Assembly: GCF_004010195.1 (NCBI RefSeq)
Contig: NC_057749.1
Location: 8,573,423-8,637,422, forward strand
Source: Chiloscyllium plagiosum
Taxonomy: Eukaryota
Direction: 5' to 3'
Length of the DNA: 64,000 nucleotides
Shown: in pieces, positions 37,740 to 51,431 of the stretch
How positions within the stretch are numbered: the stretch's first letter is position 1
Layout of the letters: every line of letters begins with the position of its first letter
Translations under genes and position numbers: made by a program
The notes under the pieces: generated by a model
What the model was told of the DNA's origin: nothing
Database searches by the model: none
The model's input: the letters and a program-made list of their open reading frames with translations, nothing else

Positions 37740-38574
37740 GGATGTAGGTTTGCTCGCTGAGCTGCAAGGTTCATTTCCAGACGTTTCGTTACCCTACTAG
37801 GTAACATCTTTAGTGAGCCTCAGGCGAAGCAATGCTGAAACTTTCTTCTTTCTATTTATATGTTTGGGTTTCTTTGGGTTGGCAATGTCATTTCCCATGG
37901 TGATGTTATTTCCTGTGATGTCGTCACTTGCTGTTCCTTTTCTCAGGGGGTGGTAGATGGGGTCTAATTCGATGTGTTTGTTGATAGAGTTCCAGTTGGA
38001 ATGCCATGCTTCCAGGAATTCTCATGCATGTTTTTGTTTGGCTTGTCCTAGGATAGATGTGTTATCCCCGTCGAAGTGGTGTCCTTCCTCATCCGTATGT
38101 GAGGATACTAGTGAGAGAGGGTCATGTCTTTTTGTGGCTAGCTGGTGTTCATGTATCCTGGTGGCTAGCTTTCTGCCTGTTTGTCCAATGTAGTGTTTGT
38201 TACAGTCCTAGAACGGTACTTTGTAAATGACATTAGTTTTGCTCATTGTCTGTATAGGGTCTTTCAAATTTATTAGCTGCTGTTTTAGTGTGTTGGTGGG
38301 TTTGTGGGCTACCATGATGCCAAGAGGTCTGAGTAGTCTGGCAGTCATTTCCGAGATGTCTTTGATGTAGGGGAGAGTGGTTAGGGTTTCTGGACGCGTT
38401 TTGTCTGATTGTTTGGGTTTGTTGCTGAGAAACCGGTGGACCATGTTCGTTGGGTACCCATTCGTTTTGAATACACGGTATAAGTGATTTTTCTCTGCTC
38501 TGCATTGTTCCTCTCTGCTGCAGTGTGTGTTGGCTCGTTGAAATAATGTTATGATGCAAATCTTCTCAAAACTC
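37740..38574 (-). mobile_element. Penelope-like element (second family) 3' fragment with GIY-YIG domain, inserted in a CR1 fragment
   Basis: 13-bp TSD GTTATGGGGTAAA at 37727-37739 and 38575-38587. The translation includes TLPYIKDISE..NVIYKVP..HYIGQTGRKLATRIHEH, with stop codons. A hammerhead-like CTAAAGA-T-GTTACC-TAGTAG-GGTAAC-GAAACGTC lies at about 37780-37813. Confidence 0.9.
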
Positions 38575-38906
38575 GTTATGGGGTAAAAGCAGGAAAATGG
38601 ATTTGAGAATGATCAAATCTGCCATGGTCTCATTCATTGGTGGAGCAGACTCAATGGGCTGAATGGCCTACTTCCATCACATCTTATGGTCCAAACAGCC
38701 AAAAAATGAATTCCAGGTTAATCTGATGTTAGTTGAGGGAGGAATGTTGACTGAAACACCAGGAAACCCTGCTTTTGTTCTTTATGTAGTGTCTATACAA
38801 ATGACCTGAGCCATTAAAGACATGAGGTAGCTCAGACCTCAGAACATCTCCAAGGAGAGGAAGCTGATAAATGACTCCCTCAGCACAGTGTGGCATGAGA
38901 CTGCAT

Positions 38907-39210
38907 GATGGCATGGTGGCACAGTTGTCAGCACTGCTGCCTCACAGCACCACAGTCCCTGGTTCGATTCCAGCCTCGGGCAACTGTCTGTGTGGAGTTT
39001 GCACATTCTCCCCGTGTCTGTGTGGATTTCCTCCGGGTGCTCCGGTTTCCTCCCACACTCCAAAGATGTGCAAGTCAGGTGAATTGGCCGTGCTAAATTG
39101 CCCATACTGTTATGTGCATTAGTCAGAGGGGGATGGGTTACTCTTTGGAGGGTCGGTGTGGACTGGTTGGGCCAAAAGGCCTGTTTCCACACTGCAGGGA
39201 ATCTAATCTA
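38907..39210 (+). mobile_element. HE1-like SINE
   Basis: Same core and tail. Confidence 0.85.
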
Positions 39211-40194
39211 AAAACATCTGTACAGTTTGCATTGTGAACTAAAGTCACACGGTGAAGATCATGACCAGAACATTTTGGTTTAGAATTAGATGTCTATCAA
39301 GGAAGCTAATGAGAAACAAAATTAAAAGAGGAAAGAAAGTTGAAACCAATGCAAAGGGAAAGGTGTCTGAAGAGATGATAAGTTCCAATGAAATGTTGAA
39401 GGGAGCCACACTTTAGGAAGGAAATGGGCTTTTGAGGGAGTGTTGCACTGAAGTAACAGAATGATACCAGGGTTCATGAAACTGCAATGTTTTCAGAAAT
39501 CCACAGTTGGTGAGAAATAGTGTAAATGTTTAAAACTCTCCCTTTCAGCTTAACAAAACACAACTGATTTAAGCCTCAAAAATCCTTAATATTTTCTTAG
39601 ATAAGATCTGAAACAAAAATCCATTTGATTGCAAAGGATATATTGCACAGAATAAATCTGAACACAGTCAGTCCATGTCTATATTTATGTTCCACTTCAG
39701 CCTCCTCGTGTAGATAAGGAGTGTTTTTACAACCTAACTCTAAAATTCAAAACCATCTATTCTCTTCTCCATCAAATGCCATGCTCACATAAGTGTACTC
39801 GTAAGCCCTCAGAAAAACATATTAAATAAGGGTTACACTACAGTTTCCTCACTAATGGCCTCACAGATGATTGAGGTGACTATTTAACATTTCAGACCAT
39901 TCACAGGTTCTGCCTGTCTGTGCAAAAATTCATCCGAGTGATTTAAGGAAAATGAAAGCAGATGGGCAGTCAGCAATAACAAATTGTAAAATGCCTTTGT
40001 TTAGCTTGTTCATGACCTTACAATTTGTTATATTTCCATGGAAAGTAAAATAGAGTCACTATACTCCTGCTGGACCATGGGGCTTGGAATAACTGGCCTG
40101 TATCCTATCACCAAGTCACCCTTTAATTACATGTGCATATTACATGGGCTCTGACCAAACAGCTCAGAGCCAGTCCCTCTCTGAACCTCCTGTT

Positions 40195-41034
40195 TTTTTT
40201 TCTTTTTTTAGGAATAAGACGCAGTGAGCGAACAATGAGTGCATAAAACTTTATTCATATTCCGCCACCAGGAAGAAAGGAAACATTTAAGTGGTCAGTG
40301 ACAAGCATTGCTCTCAACAAAGGCAATATGGAGTGATCAAAAAGTGAAAGGGGGGGCAGGGATTAAATCTAAATGGAGTCGGAGGGAGAAGTAACGCACT
40401 CCATACCCCATGGTGCCCACCTCTAAGTCCTGTTTTTTTTAAATGATCCTCTTATTCCCTCAGCACCCATGTTGTGTGTGTACAGATGTACACAGTGAAG
40501 AATGATAAGTGTGTAAATCTTTATTTATATTCCACCACCAGGAAGAAAGGAAGCACCAAAGTGGGCTGTGACCATTGCCCTCCTCAACAAAGGGCAATGC
40601 TGAATGATCAAAAAGTAAAAGGTGGGGTACAGGGATTAAATCAAAATGGAGCCGGAGGGAGAAATAAAGCACTCCACACCCCGCAGTAGCCACCTCTATC
40701 TCCTGTTAATTTCTTTCTTTATTTTTTTGTTCTTTTTTCTTACCCCATACTACCGTCTAAGAGCGGTAGTGCTTATTTTTCCCCAGCACCCATGTCGTGC
40801 GTGTGCAGATGTCGGACACTGTGAAGAACAACAAGTGTGTAAATCTTTATTTATATTCCACTACCAGGAAGAAAGGAAACACCCGAGTGGCCAGTGACAA
40901 GCAGTGCTTTTCTCATCAAAGGGCAATGCTGTGTGATCAAACACTGAAGGGGAGGGCAGGGATTAGATCAAGATAGAGTTGGAGGGGGAAATAAAACACT
41001 CCACTCCCTGCAGTGCCCCCCTCTATCTCCTGTT
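40195..41034 (-). mobile_element. Three head-to-tail diverged copies (about 240, 273 and 327 bp) of an unclassified element inside a solo LTR
   Basis: Shared core TTTATT(C/T)ATATTCC(G/A)C(C/T)ACCAGGAAGAAAGGAA. Each unit ends in TCCTGTT, matching the host site CTCCTGTT at 40187-40194. Confidence 0.8.
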
Positions 41035-41553
41035 TATGTCTGTCAGCCAGGACTCCCCGATTGGACCAGGTTAACTGCCCCAATTATAGTCAATCAGATC
41101 CACCTGGGCCTGGCTCCAATCACCACAGATGTGGAATAAGATAATGGAATTAGATTTGCTGTAACTCTCAGAGAGATGAAGTATATTGGAGAAGGTTCAT
41201 TTACTGGATTGTGAGGAAAGAGATAGGCGAGGAATAGAGGGAAATTGGAAGGAGCTTTCAGATGATCATTTTCAAGATAAGTTGATTTGTCTGTGATATC
41301 AGATTCTATTCTCTCCTGTTCCATTCTGTTCAAAGGGGTTCCCATACCTGTCTGGGAAAGCAGCCTCAATTCTGTTCCGACATTGTCACATTTGACACTG
41401 GGAAATATCATCAATCCTGAAACGTCTTCCAACCACCACCTTTTCAAGTGCAAGGCAAAAGTCAGGACTGCAGACGCTGGAAATCAGAGTCTAGATTAGA
41501 GTGGTGCTGGAAAAGCACAGCAGGTCAGGCAGCATCCGAGGAGCAGGAAAATC

Positions 41554-41581
41554 GACGTTTCGGGCAAAAGCCCTTCATCAG
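41554..41581 (-). ncRNA. Minimal hammerhead ribozyme core in a solo PLE terminal repeat (about 41455-41585)
   Basis: The minus strand reads CTGATGA-A-GGGC-TTTT-GCCC-GAAA-CGTC. Confidence 0.8.
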
Positions 41582-42344
41582 GACTGGCCAGCCAGTGATG
41601 TCAATGTCCCATGAGTGAATTAAAAAGTAGCTGCCCCAATCCCTAAATAAATGTGGACAAATAAATCAAAGGATTATAATTAAGAGTGGTTGAGTACAAA
41701 TGTATTGCATTGTGTGCAATTGCCTGTGGAGTTCTCTGCTACAGCAAGTATTTGAGGCTAAAACATTGTGTGTTCTCAAGAAAGAGTTTGATATAATTTT
41801 TAGGGCTACAGGGATCAAAGAGTATGGGAGAAAGTAGGAAAAGGACATACTTTTTGGATGATAGAGCAGACTCGAAGGGCCGAATGGCCTACTCCTGTTC
41901 CTATTTTCTACATTTCTATGTATCTATTTAAATAGATCTTTGTCTTTTATTCTGAGGACCCAGAACTGGATGGGTATTTGAATAGGAAGGGTTTAGAGGG
42001 ATATGGACCAAATGCTGGCAAATGGGACTAGGTTAGGTTAGGATATCTGGTTGGCATGGGCGAGTTGGACAGAAGGGTCTGTTTCTGTGCTGTACAGCTC
42101 TATGACTGTATGACTCTAACTTTAAAGAGCAAATGTGTTGTAAGTTGTGTTGCTTGCAGCAACGACAGCACTCTAAACATTCATGTAAATGTGTCAAATG
42201 GGGCATTTCATTGTAATATTAACGCATTTCCATAGCCCAATATGGCAAATGACATTATCTTTAAACGAAAGAGATAACATTACATGATGTGACATGTTAT
42301 CACTTCTCTAACAATTTTGAATAAACTAAAGTAAAACTGAATTA

Positions 42345-43870
42345 GCATTGACAGACATCTTTGTATCTTCTATGGCCACAGGTGAGGTCCCAGAGGACTG
42401 GAGAATAGCCAATGTGGCTCCATTGTTTAAAAACAGTAACAGGGATAATCCAGGAGATTACAGACCTGTGAGCCTCACATCAGTGGTAGGGAATTTATTG
42501 GAAAAGATTCTCAGGCACAAGATCTATACGCATTTAGGAGGAAGTGGATATTGATAGACGGCATGATTTTGTGCGGGGGACGTCATACCTCACTAACTTG
42601 ATCAAGTTTTTTGAGGAGATGACGAAGATGATTGATGAGGGAAAAGTGGTTAATGTTGTCAACATGAACTTCAGTAAAGCCTTTTACAAGATCCCTCATG
42701 GCAGACTGGTGCAAAAGGCGAAGTCACATGGTGTCAGGGTGAATTGGCAAGATGGATACAGAACTGGCTTAGTCAGAGTAGACAGTGGGTAGCGGTGGGT
42801 GGATGCTTTTCAGAATGGACGGCTGTGTCTAGTGATGTTCCACAGGCAACAGTGATCAGACTTTGTTGTGCATGTTCTGCACAAATGTTTTGGAGGAAAA
42901 CGTAGCTGGTCTAATTAATAAGTTTGTGATTGATACAAAGATTGGTGGAGTTGCCAATAGTGTGGAAGATTGTCAGAGGATACAGCAGGATATAGATCAG
43001 TTGGAAGCATGGGAGAAAACTCGCAGATGGAGTTTAATCCAGACAAATGTGAGGTGATGCATTTTGGAAGGTCAAGTGGAAATTATACAGTGAATGGCAG
43101 AACCCTTCGGAGTATTGATATGCAGAGGGAGCTGGGTGCTCAGGTCCACAGATCACTGAAGGTGGCAGCACAGGTAGATCAGGCAGTACAAAAGGCCTAT
43201 GGCATGATAGCCTTCATTGGAAGGGGCATTGAGTTTAAGGATAGACAACTTATGCTGCAACATTATAGAACTTTAGTTAGGCCAATATTTGGACTATTGC
43301 ATACAGTTTTGGTCACCAGACTACCAGAAGGATGTGGATGCTTTGGAGAGGGTACAGAAAAAGTTTACCAGGATGTTGCCTGGTATGGGAGATTTTAGCT
43401 ATGAAGAAAGCTTGGATAGACTGGACTTGTTTTCACTGGATTGCAAGAGGTTGAGGGGTGACCTGATAGAAATTTATAAGATTGTGAATGACATGGATAA
43501 AGTGGAAAGTATGAGACTTTTTCCCAGGGTAGAGGGGTCAATTTCTAGGGGACACAGGTTTAAGATGTGAGGGGGTGGGTGGAGGGGTGTGGGGGGGGGG
43601 GGGGGGGGGAGAGATGTTTAAAAGCAATGGCGAGGCACGTTTTTCACACAAAGGGTGGAGAGTGCCTGAGGACATGCTGCCAGAGGAGGAGGTGGAAGCA
43701 GACACAATAGCAGCACTTGGGAAACACCTGGATGAATACATGAACAGGAAGGGAATAGAGGGATACGGATCCTGTAAGTGAAGACAGTCTTAGTATGGAA
43801 GGGCAAAATGTGTCAGCGCTAGCTTGGAGGGCGGAAGGGCCTGTTCCTGTGCTTTATTGTTCTTTGTTGT
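42345..43870 (+). mobile_element. CR1 LINE RT-3' fragment (decayed)
   Basis: VPEDWRIANVAPLFK..YRPVSLTSVVG..QMEFNPDKC..LRGDLIEIYKI..RGHRFK in shifted frames. Confidence 0.9.
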
Positions 43871-44009
43871 TTGTTCTTGAAATATGATATCCTGTGATGC
43901 AGTAGCTATGCTGTACATGTCAAGATCACATAAACGGGGGTGAGAAATTTGACCTGAAAATGCATTTGTAGTTCTGTAGCAAATTATAGCCAATGTACCT
44001 CTCTCCTAT

Positions 44010-44900
44010 TCTTCAAATTTGATTTTATTCACTTGTGAGACTTGAGTATTGTTGACTGGGCTAGCATTTACTGCCCATCCCCAGTTGCTCCTTGAGAAGG
44101 TGGTGGTGAGCTGTGTCATTGAACCACTGCAGTCCACCTGTTGTGGGTTCATCCACAATGCCATTAGGGAGGGAATTTCAGGATTTTGACCCAGTGACAC
44201 TGAAGGAATGGCGATATAGTTCCAAGTCAGGGTGGTGAGTGGCTTGGAAGGGAACTTGCAGGTGATAGTGTTCCCATGTATCTGCTGTCCATGTCCTTCC
44301 AGATGGAAGTGGTCATGGGTTTGGAAGGTGCTGTCTGAGGATGGTGAATTTCTGCAGTGCATCTTGTAGATAGTACACAATCCTGCTACTGACTGTAGAT
44401 GGTGGAGGGAGTGGATACTTGTGAATGTGATGACAATCAAGTGGGCTGCTTTGTTCTGGATGGTGTCAAGCTTCTTGACTGCTGTTGGAGCTGCACTCAT
44501 CCAGGCAAACGGGGCGTATTCCATAGCACTCCTGACTTGTTACTTGGAGATGGTGGAAAGCCTTTGGGGAGACATGAGGTGAGTTACTCACCACAATATC
44601 CCTGGTCTCTGACCTGCGCTTGTAGCCACTATGTTTATGCGATGTGTCCAGTTGAGTTTCTGATCAATGGTAACCCCAAAGATGTTGATAGTGGGGATTC
44701 AGTGATTGTAACACCATTAAATATCAAGGAGTGTTGGTTTGATTGTCTCTTGATGGAAATGGTCATTGCCTGGCCTTTGTGTGGCACGAATATTATTTGC
44801 CACTTGTCAGCCCAAATCTGGATATTGTCCAGATCTTGTTGCATTTGAACATGGACTACTTCAGTATCTGAGGTGAGATGAAAGGTGAATAGTGCCAATG
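44010..44900 (-). mobile_element. Second LINE family (CR1/L2 group), RT-3' end
   Basis: MQQDLDNIQIWADKWQIIF and MEYAPFAWMSAAPT..KLDTIQNKAAHLI. The tail TGGGCAGTAAATGCT recurs across the window. Confidence 0.8.
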
Positions 44901-45589
44901 GGATCATTGGAACCAGTTTCATTTGTTGATTCCTTTGATTGGATGGTGCACAGTGACTCCCGAGCAGCTGAGCGCCAGTACTTACAATGTGGAAGTTGGC
45001 TGAAAGTGGGTCCCTAGTTCTCAAGGGCAACTAGGGATGGGCAAGAAATGCTGACCCTGCCAGCGATGCCCGCATCCTATGAGTGAATAACAAAAATGTT
45101 ATGGAGGTGGAAAGAGGAAACAAGAGATAGGCAACAGCATGAATATGAGGTATGTTAAATGTATCATCAAAGTTATGAACAGACTGCCTTTGTCTCAACA
45201 ATGGCCAGGGAGAACAATGGTATCAGTCACTAAGTAAAGGAACTGGGAATGCAGAGGAAAACAATGGCTTCAATTTTCCAAGTATTTAATCGGAAAAGTT
45301 GTTGTTTTGGGAAATACTGCTCACAGGGGCATTATAAAACAAAAGATGACACTGAGCTACGTAAAGAGATATTAGGTCAATTGACAATTAACTTGGTCAA
45401 AGATTTTGATTTGAAGTCATGTCTTAAGAAAGGAAAGTGTGGTAGAGAAACGAAGCACTGTAAGAAGGGAATTCCAGCGCTTGAGGCTTATAGTGAGCTG
45501 AAAGCCTGACCATCAAACATGGAATAATTAAAGTCAAGAAGTCAGAATTAGAACAAATATTGCTCATAAAGGAGTATAGGCCAGTTAAT

Positions 45590-46050
45590 CGGTTCTCCCA
45601 GATGGTGGCAGAGTGGGAAGCTCCAGCCACAGCTTGTCCACCCTGTCCATTCCTTTTCTTCTTTTTCCATTTTTTGTTTTCTCTTCTGTCTTTTTCCTCT
45701 GCTGGTAGCAGCCTGGAGCAGCAAGGGGCTGGCCACCAGACACAGCAAAGGTGGTTACTGGAATCAGTGCGTCCCATCAGACCACATGGAAATCTTATAG
45801 AAAGACTAATGTCTATCTTTTTAGCTTTATTTCTTATTTTCCTAACCCATACTATGTACATTTGTAACATAATGTCTCTTTTTTTTCTTTATTCTGTCTA
45901 TTTTATGTACCTAAGATTTGTACCTGGGTACTTTGTACCTAAGATGGCATTGTGTATTGGCGACATTGTACACTTTTCACTGTACTGCTGTTCTTTTACC
46001 ACTTGAGTACATGACAATAAACCTAATTCTAATTCTAACTATAATTCTAA
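45590..46050 (+). mobile_element. Non-autonomous non-LTR element with a Rex1/Babar-like 3' tail
   Basis: Ends CATGACAATAAA followed by (ATTCTA)n-like repeats, and starts CAGATGGTGGC. Confidence 0.45.
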
Positions 46051-48429
46051 TGACAAGTGAGAGTACCAAATCCATATCTTCCAGAGTTCACCTCATCTGG
46101 AATGCTGTTCAATGTATTCTCTTCAGAGAGGTAACACAATGCAGGAGGCTGATTTCAAAATGTCACTGCTATATTCCTCTTTGGGCACTCCAGACTGTAA
46201 AGCATGACTCTTTGATGTCTATCTGTTCTGTTAGAATACATGTTAGATTTCACGTTGAAGGTTAGATAAAACAACTCCGATTCCTGAGCATCCATTTTCT
46301 CCATCCACCTCTCACCAATTATTCCATTCCCACAGACTATCAAACCAATTACCACCATGACGCTTGGCAGTTCACTGATGGAACCTTATACTCCTGGAGG
46401 AAAAACAATCCACTGAGCTTCATAAGATGTTGTTAAGAAGCATTTTCCATGTATTCTGGGGAGGGAAGAGCTGGGGTGGAGGTCGGGGGTAGGGCAGTGA
46501 TGGGTGTTGTATCAGGTAATTGTTCTGTTCAACTGTGTTGAATGCTACACAATCTGATGTCTCATAGTCTGTGGACAGAGGAACAATTAGTCTTGCATGC
46601 TGTCCTGTTGGAAACAGAGGTGATATTTCTTACCTCTGATAGATGCCTAACTCATTAATGTTAATTATGCCTCTTGTCATCATACATTAAACTACGCCTT
46701 GATGATCTAGACAAAAAGTTAACAGGCGTTATACAGAGGTCTATCGTCTAATCGTGATAATTAGTCAAGCCCTTAGGGTAGAAAGGTGGATTTGGCCTTT
46801 AGGAAGCAGGGACTGAGGAGGATCATCATCCCAGGTAACGATATTCTGACAAGGTTCGGTTGAAATTTTATAAGTTCCCGTTGACCACTTGATTCTGTTT
46901 TTGTAACAGCCCCCCGACTGCTTTATTTGTTGCAGATTTTATTCATTTAAAAGAGTAGAAGGAAGAATTTAGGATTCATCATCATATCACCACTTTGTGA
47001 TATTTTCATCTGAATATTTCAGTTGAAATTTTACTTCTGCTACATTGTTCCTTCTGGCTGTAAAGGTGCTTTTTATCAGCTTGTCCATATTTGACCCATT
47101 TCTGGGGCAAATGGGATTCAAGCATGGGCTTCATGGCCTAGAGGTGGAGTCACAACCATTGAGTCTCAGGAGGCCTCTTAGAAGCTAATACGGTGTAGAT
47201 ATTGTAATCAATCTGCCCACTGGACTACTACTAGTAAGGCCACTACTAGTGTACCACAACACCATTAGGCGACATCAAGAGACTTCCAGTTGTCCCTGAG
47301 ATATAAGGTTTTAACCAGAGACCACGGTTGTTCAGTTGCTGTCTTGGAGCATCTATGTTAGTGGATGTAGCAGTCGTCCTTTCAGATATTCCGATAACAT
47401 TGGAGATGTTATAACACACCTCTGAAGCAGTTGGGACATGAGACCAGGTCTCCTGATCCAGAGGTAGAGACACCACAAGAGCTCCCTTAGGGGCTGTTGA
47501 TGCTAGCTTTGTTTACCTTCACCCCTTAATTATTTTGAAATAATATAAAACAAGGTTGGTGGCAGTTAACCATCTCAAATACAAGCCATTGGTGAAGATG
47601 ACTGTGGAATTGGGTCGGGGGATGGAGGAGTGGGGCAAACATGAAAGTGTTCTAGTCCCTCGTTCATTTGGAATGGAAAATGTGCTCACTGAGTGAAAGT
47701 TCCTGAGCTGTGCAATTTGCATTCATGCCAAATTACCATTTATTCTGAAAATGTGCATTTCAATCTATACTTAGCCCTCTTAACTTGATTACAGTCCAGT
47801 TCAATTAAAACAAAATCATCATTGAATTAATTGCTTCTGATGCGCATGGTTCTACAAATATTTGATAGCCCTTGAGGGGGGAGAGGGGGTTCCTCTTAAT
47901 TGGTAATGCCAATTAATTGAAGTTTCATAATGTCCTCTGGCTCAGCACTGATGTTTCTTCAGGCGTTTTGTGGGGACAAAAGAATTCAGAGAGTCATTGT
48001 TAGAATTCCAAGTGCATGTAAGATGTTATGTCACAAATTGAAAAGGGATTTTCAAGATGAGCAGCTTTCTGTATGTTTTCCACAGGGAAAATATTAAAAT
48101 TTTCACATTTTCTTGAAGACGATGTGAATCTGCAACTCAAACTGTCACTCTGTAGGATGCTCATTTTGATTTGTAGTTCCCTGAACCGTAATTCCTAACA
48201 GTAATGACTGCAAATTGGCAAAAAAAAGTAACATTGTCAGCAGATTGAAAATGGAAATATTCCAACGTTCCCTTCTGCAAAAGGTCACTCATTCCACAAG
48301 GGGTGAGTTAGCTGGACAGATGGTTTGGCAACACAAAGTGATATCAATCACATGGGTGCAATTCCTGACTAACTGAGGTTACTATGGAAGACTCTTCTCA
48401 GCCCTCACCTGAGGTGTGGTGGCCACCAG

Positions 48430-48995
48430 TCATACAGTCATAGAGATATACAGCACAGAAACAGACCCCTCGGTCCAACATGTCCATGCCGACCAGATAT
48501 CCGAAATTAATCTAGTTCCATTTGTCAGCATTTGGCTCATATCTCTCTAAACCCTTCTTATTCAGATACCCATCCAGATGCCTTTTAAATGCTGTAATTG
48601 TACCATCCTCCACCACTTCCTCTGGCAGGTCACTCCATACGTGCACCACCCTCTGTGTGAAGAAGTTGCCTCTTAGGTCTCTTGTAAATCTTTCCCATTT
48701 CACTTTAAACTAATGGCCTTGAATTTTGGACTCTGCTACCCTGGGGAAAAGACCTTGACTTTTCACCTTATCCATGCCCCTCATGATTTTACAGACCTCT
48801 ATAAGGTCACCCCTCAGCCTCCAACGCTCCAGGGAAAACAGCCCCAGCCTATTCAGCCTCTCCCTGTAGCTCAAACCCTCCAACCCTGGCAACATCCTTG
48901 TAATGTTTTCGGCACCCTTTCAAGTTTAATAGCATCTTTCCGATAGGAAGGAGACCAGAATTAAACATAGTATTCCAAAAATGCCCTCATCAATG
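48430..48995 (-). mobile_element. CR1 LINE 3' end
   Basis: MLPGLEGLSYRERLNRLGLFSLE..FFTQRVVHVWSDLP. Confidence 0.9.
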
Positions 48996-49389
48996 CCATT
49001 TCTCTCTAATGACAGATTGAGACTCTGGCATCTTTATATTCTAATGGGATTTTTAATTCCATCTGATCCAACTTTAGGACACCCACTTTTCTGACATTGA
49101 GTCAATATATTCCTGATATGGCCTCCGGTGGGTTGAAATTCTCTGATTTGTACTGTTGCTTTGGTATCAGTAACTGGTCATATTGAGGGGACGTTGGCAT
49201 GAAAAGAGCCAGTGTCAATTGAATGTGGAGTGCTGAGGTCACAATCAATGGACTGAAGCCAGGTTATGTACAGGCTCCTACAAGGTGACCTTTTATACCT
49301 GGTCCAGTCATCACTGGCTAAATTACAGCTCCCAATCTGTGCAAAGACACATTTTGTAATGTTGGAGAGGCAATTTTGAAACCTTTGTA

Positions 49390-49571
49390 CAGTACCTTCT
49401 GGTATAACATGACAGTTGTGTTCCTCTGCAACTACACACTGGAGAAAACTGCTGTAGAAGGCCGTTGTAGAAAATCGCTCTACCCATTCAGTAGAAAGTT
49501 TGCATTATCCAAACAGTGTCCACAATTCACCAATCATGTTGACAAAACGCTTGCTTTACCAGAGCAACCTG
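49390..49571. mobile_element. MITE of the same family as 6851-7052
   Basis: TA-CAG...CTG-TA ends and shared internal blocks (GTTGTGTTC..GCAAC; AAACAG..CAATT..CAATCA). Confidence 0.65.
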
Positions 49572-50750
49572 TATTTGTGTTCTTGCAATATATAGGATTC
49601 GTATCAGAAGAAGTAGAGATTGCAAGCTCAGTAAGGTCAACTCCATAACTGAGTGTGTTATAATAGCCATCTGATGATTTTTCAACCCAATTGTTTGCTA
49701 AATAGCAACGTTTGGTCAGAATATCTATAGAACTGTTCCTGACGTACAGAAGGATATGTTCCTCTGGACCATTCCTCCAAAAGATAGCAGATTACCAGCT
49801 ACGTAATTTTACCATCAGTGAATCTTTTACGAATACAAGAGAAAAGTCTAATGAATAGTTAATAAAGCCACACCAAGAATAGTTAGGAATACCTGAACGA
49901 AAGTGATGAGGTCGTATCCTTTAAATCGTTGACTTCAGAAAAAAATTATTGGTAGTCAGGATACAGGGTAAGCATTTTTCAGATTTGTACACTGGCTTTG
50001 AAAGTGGTTCTTTGCCATTTGTTATTTTTATAGCACAATTGACTTGTGTCATCATTCTGCTGAGTCAGAGTCTGACAAGTGTGAGAGCAAGCTGCATTGT
50101 AGAGGCATCTTTGAGATGGATTTCCCATTAGAAAATTGCTTTGGAAATTACCAAGGATTGCAGAGTTAAACGAGGCTGTCTTGTACCACTGGTTAGCAAG
50201 AAAACTCTTTCTTTTTGAACGAATGCAGACTTACTACTTAGTATTATCTCAAGATTTCAGTCACGTAAGTTGTTACAGGATACCTTGCAATAATTATCAC
50301 TTATCAAACAGCTTTAGTGTGACAGGGTGTTAAAATCGAGGGTTAAAAAAACAAATAACTGGCAAATCAGATGGGACAGAAGGGGACATAAGGCTGGAGA
50401 AAGTTCGGCAAAATTGAAAAGAAAATATTTGCATTTATATACCACTTTTCAGGAAGCCCCAAAGCTTTTTACAGACAATGAAGTATTTTCGCAGAGTGGT
50501 CAATAATGCTGGCGAGGGACATCTGCCCTGGGATTTGCTCCAGAAACCTCTTTCTTACTCTCTCCTCCTTTAGCATGCACCTTAAAACCTCTCCTTCTGA
50601 CCAAACCTCTGCGCACCTTTGCTCCTATCAGCTTCTGTGTATCAGCATCAAATGTTGTTTTGGGTTTGATCCTGCAAACAGCCTTGGGGCATTTTACTGT
50701 GCTAAAGATATTTTGCAAATCCAAGATGTTGTTTTCGGCTGCGATAGCGA

Positions 50751-50945
50751 GGTAGCATAATGGCTCAGTGGGGTAGCACTGTCACCTCACAGCGGCAGGG
50801 ATGTGGATTCGATTCCAGCCTTGGGGTGACTGTCTGTGTGGAGTTTGCACATTCTCCCCGTGTCTGCGTAGGTTTCCCTTCACAGTCCAAAGATGTGTGG
50901 GTTAGGTGGATTGGCCATGCTAAATAGTCCCCTTAGTATCCAGGG
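50751..50945 (+). mobile_element. HE1-like SINE 5' part
   Basis: A/B boxes and core. Confidence 0.8.
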
Positions 50946-51431
50946 AAGTAAAAATAATAGGATATGGAAGACATCAAGGTAGGTCATGGAGAAACTGATC
51001 AGAAGATGGAAAAGGATAATTAAGTTAGACGTGGAGATAAACATTGTCACAGGAATGAAATGCCAGTGAGAAAAGGTCTAGGCAGGAACATCAATCAACT
51101 GTACCTTGATCAAAGTGTGCTGTAGATTTGATAGAATAACTCAGGCCTGCTATCTTTGTGCAAAAGGAGAAATAGCAGCAGATGGGCAATGTCGTTAGAC
51201 TATTGATCCAGAGACCCAGGCGAACACATCAAGGACAGGAGTTCAAATTCCACCTCTGCAAATGGTAAAATCAAAGTTCAGTTTAGAAAATCTGGAATTG
51301 AAAACTAATCTCTGTAGTCATGACCCTGGAACAATCATTGATGGTTGTCAGAAACAGGTCAACAATTCTCTGATGCTTTTTTTTGGGAACACAATTTGTT
51401 GTTCTCACCTGGTTTGGTCAGGCCCACGGCA

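Noticed and set aside
43569..43610. G-run as a functional G-quadruplex
   Set aside because: A homopolymer expansion inside a decayed CR1, prone to sequencing error, with no further support.
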